From contig NC_082734.1 in NCBI RefSeq assembly GCF_030144855.1, forward strand, positions 21,638,001 to 21,702,000: a stretch of 64,000 nucleotides of DNA. The letters run 5' to 3'. The translations under genes and the position numbers were made by a program. Origin of the DNA: Hypanus sabinus. Its lineage: Eukaryota. The notes below the pieces were generated by a model that made no database searches, was not told where the DNA came from, and saw nothing but the letters and a program-made list of their open reading frames with translations. Positions 61,611-64,000 of the stretch are shown piece by piece. How positions within the stretch are numbered: the stretch's first letter is position 1; each line of letters starts with the position of its first letter.

Positions 61611-62511
61611 GTGAGTTTGAACCGGCGTGATCGCACCCATCCCCCCATCCCTTCCTTCATTTCATACCGCCAGCCCTTCATACCGCAAGCCCCCACCACG
61701 CATTAGGGTCCTTCATACCGCAAGCCCCCACCACGCATTAGGGTCCTTCCATCCAGTCCTTCCATCACACCATTTGCCATTCCTCAGCCCCTTTACCCCC
61801 TGCCCTGTGGGCAAAAGGAATAGGTGGTATTAGCTATATTGTGTTGTACCAGGCACCGTCCAGGTGAACCAAGTCTGTACCATCTCCAAAGCCTACACAC
61901 CCACCCTGTAAAGGGGTGACCAGAATTAAATGCAGTACCTCGGCTTTATAGAGTTGCAATGTGTCTTCCTGACATTACTGTCTCTCTCTGTCTCACTCCT
62001 CTCTCTTTCTCTCCCCTTTCAGACATCCCTCATTCTTTGTTTAAAAAAAACTTGCCCTGCACATCTCCTTTGAACTTGCCCCCTCTCACCTTGAATGCTT
62101 GCCCTCTTGCGTTCAATGTTTCAACCCTGAAGGAAAAACATACTGCCTGTCTACTCTATCTGTGCCTCTCATAATCTTGTAAACCTCTATCAGGTCTCCC
62201 CTCAGCTTCCGCCACTCCAGGGAAAGCAACCAAAGTTTGTCCAACTCTCTGTATGGCTCATGCCCTCTAATCCAGGCAGCATCCTGATGATCCCTTCTGC
62301 ACCCCCTCCAAAACCCCCACACCCTTCCTGTGACAGGGTTGACAGAGCTGCACATGATTCTCCCCAGTGCAGTCTGACCAAATCACAGATTCTCTCCCCA
62401 GTGTTTCCCAACCAAATTCGATTTCCCACCCACCCTCTCCCGTGCTGATCCCCCTCCCTGCATGCGGGGGTCTAATGATGTAACCAGGTTATGTATGTTT
62501 ATGGGGCCCAG

Positions 62512-62574
62512 GTCTTCCAGCGTGACCACACGGTCCAAGGAGAAGAAGAAGAAAAGCTCAAAGAAGAAGAGCAG
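62512..62574 (+). CDS. SRRM2: SRRM2 coding exon 5 (gene presumably continues beyond the window)
   Basis: 63 nt, phase 2/2, SSSVTTRSKEKKKKSSKKKS; gtacgt donor. Confidence 0.85.
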
Positions 62575-62974
62575 GTACGTCAGAATCTGTTCCCCCCCCC
62601 CACCCCACACACACACACACACACACACTCCCCTCAGCACAACCCCCCCAACCGTCCCCACATCAAACATCCCCCTTAGTCTGCAGGGTGGTAGTCCTGG
62701 ATGAAGCTGCAGAGGAGGGGGAGACAGTGGGGGGGGGTGGGTGGGGAAGGGACATTGCAAGGATAGGGAGTGTGTGTAGGACATCACAGTGTGTGCTGGG
62801 AGAGAATTTTTTTTGCTCCTCACCCCTTGGTTTCTGTCACCCCCGTCCCACTGGGCAGATGGGCAAACAGAGGGAAGCTGCTGAGGAATGCAGCTGCACG
62901 GAGAAACCCCGCGAGGTATGTCCCAGGGCTGCTGCTCAGTGCTGACTCCTCCTTGGAGACACACGATAAAATAG

Positions 62975-64000
62975 ACTGAAATTAGCGTGATTTCCTAAAG
63001 GAGAAATCTTACCTGACAGATCTGTTGGAATTCTTTAAGTAAGTAACAGACAAGGGTAGACAAAGGAGAGTCAGTGGATGTTGTATATTTGGATTTTCAG
63101 AAGGCCTTTGATAAGGGCCTGCTTAGCAAGATAAAAGCCCATGTTATTACTGGAAAGATACATAGGGTGAATTGGCAGGAGGGAAAGAGTGGGAACAAAG
63201 GAGCCTATTTTGGTTGGCTGCCGGTAACAACTGCTTCTTCTCACCTTGTATGTCAGTGATTTGGATGACAGTTGTTTTGTGGATAGGTGGAGGGGTAGGC
63301 ACTGCTGAGGAAGCAGGGAGTCTACAGAAGGAATTGGACAGACTGTTAGGAGAATGGGCAAAGAAGAGGCAGATGGAATACATTGTATGAAAGCCTATGA
63401 CCAAGCACTTTAGTAGAAGGAATTAAGGCATAAAAAATTTTCTAAAACAGGGAGCAAATTCAAAACTTTGAAGTGCAAAGAGACTTGGGGGTGTTTTTGC
63501 AGGATTCCCTAAAGGTTAACTTGCAGGTTGAGCCTAGGTATGAAAGGCTTGTTTTGAGAGGACTACAATATAAAAACAAGGATGTCATATTGAGATCTTA
63601 GTCAGACTGCACGGAGTATTGTGAGCAATTTTGGGCCCCTTATCTAAGAAAGGATATGCTGGCATTAGAGAGGATCCAGAGAAGGTTCATGAAAATTATC
63701 CTGGGAATGAAAGGGGTGAGGTATAAGGAGCGTTTGATGGTCTGCGACTGTACTCGCTAGAGTTTAAAAGGAGAGGAAGGTGATCTCATGGAAATCTGTC
63801 AAGTATTGAAAGGCCTAACTAGAGCGGAGATGGAGCGAATGTTTCTACAGTGGGAGAGTTTAGGACCGGGGGGAACACCTCAGAATACAGGGATGTCCCT
63901 TTAGAACAGCAGTGAGGAGGAATTTCTTCAGCCAGAGGGTGGTGAATCTACCAGAGGCTGGAGGCCAAGTCATTGGGTATATTTAAAGCAGAGTTTCATA
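62975..64000 (+). mobile_element. CR1 RT fragment
   Basis: VDVVYLDFQKAFDK, SLQKELDRL, YCEQFWAPYLRKD. Confidence 0.88.

Noticed and set aside
59558-62574. SRRM3 as alternative identity
   Set aside because: The [24 protein letters not shown] N-terminus and linkage to THOC6/HCFC1R1 favour SRRM2.

Overview
Eukaryotic, repeat-rich vertebrate DNA. A cartilaginous fish (probably a ray) is inferred from the repeat mix: esterase-type CR1, Rex1/Babar, Penelope-derived short elements and a ~54-bp satellite. The ORF track is mostly uninformative because the genes are spliced. By hand I rebuilt four genes with canonical GT-AG sites and matching exon phases: HCFC1R1/HPIP-like (minus, 5 coding exons, 792-4476, DHVY HCF-1-binding motif); THOC6 (minus, 13 exons, 10731-25910, 331 aa); MMGT1/EMC5 (plus, head-to-head with THOC6, 27156-38193, 129 aa); and the 5' part of SRRM2 (plus, 59558-62574, presumably continuing past the window). 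Two CpG-island promoters carry clustered ACTACA/ZNF143-type motifs. The rest is mobile DNA: a near full-length CR1, a Tx1-clade LINE inside a satellite unit, a BEL/Pao element with a tRNA-Pro-primed retroviral-like element nested in its 3' LTR, a fairly young 5'-truncated L1, a solo LTR, Tigger and hAT elements, an H2A pseudogene, and Penelope remnants with minimal hammerhead ribozyme motifs. I see no clearly new multi-gene system. The best leads are a two-AUG/two-donor first exon in HCFC1R1, an apparently intact hammerhead at 47292-47329, the nested retroviral-like element, possible satellite targeting by the Tx1 LINE, and the MMGT1 gene neighbourhood. All homology calls are from memory of the families, not from searches.
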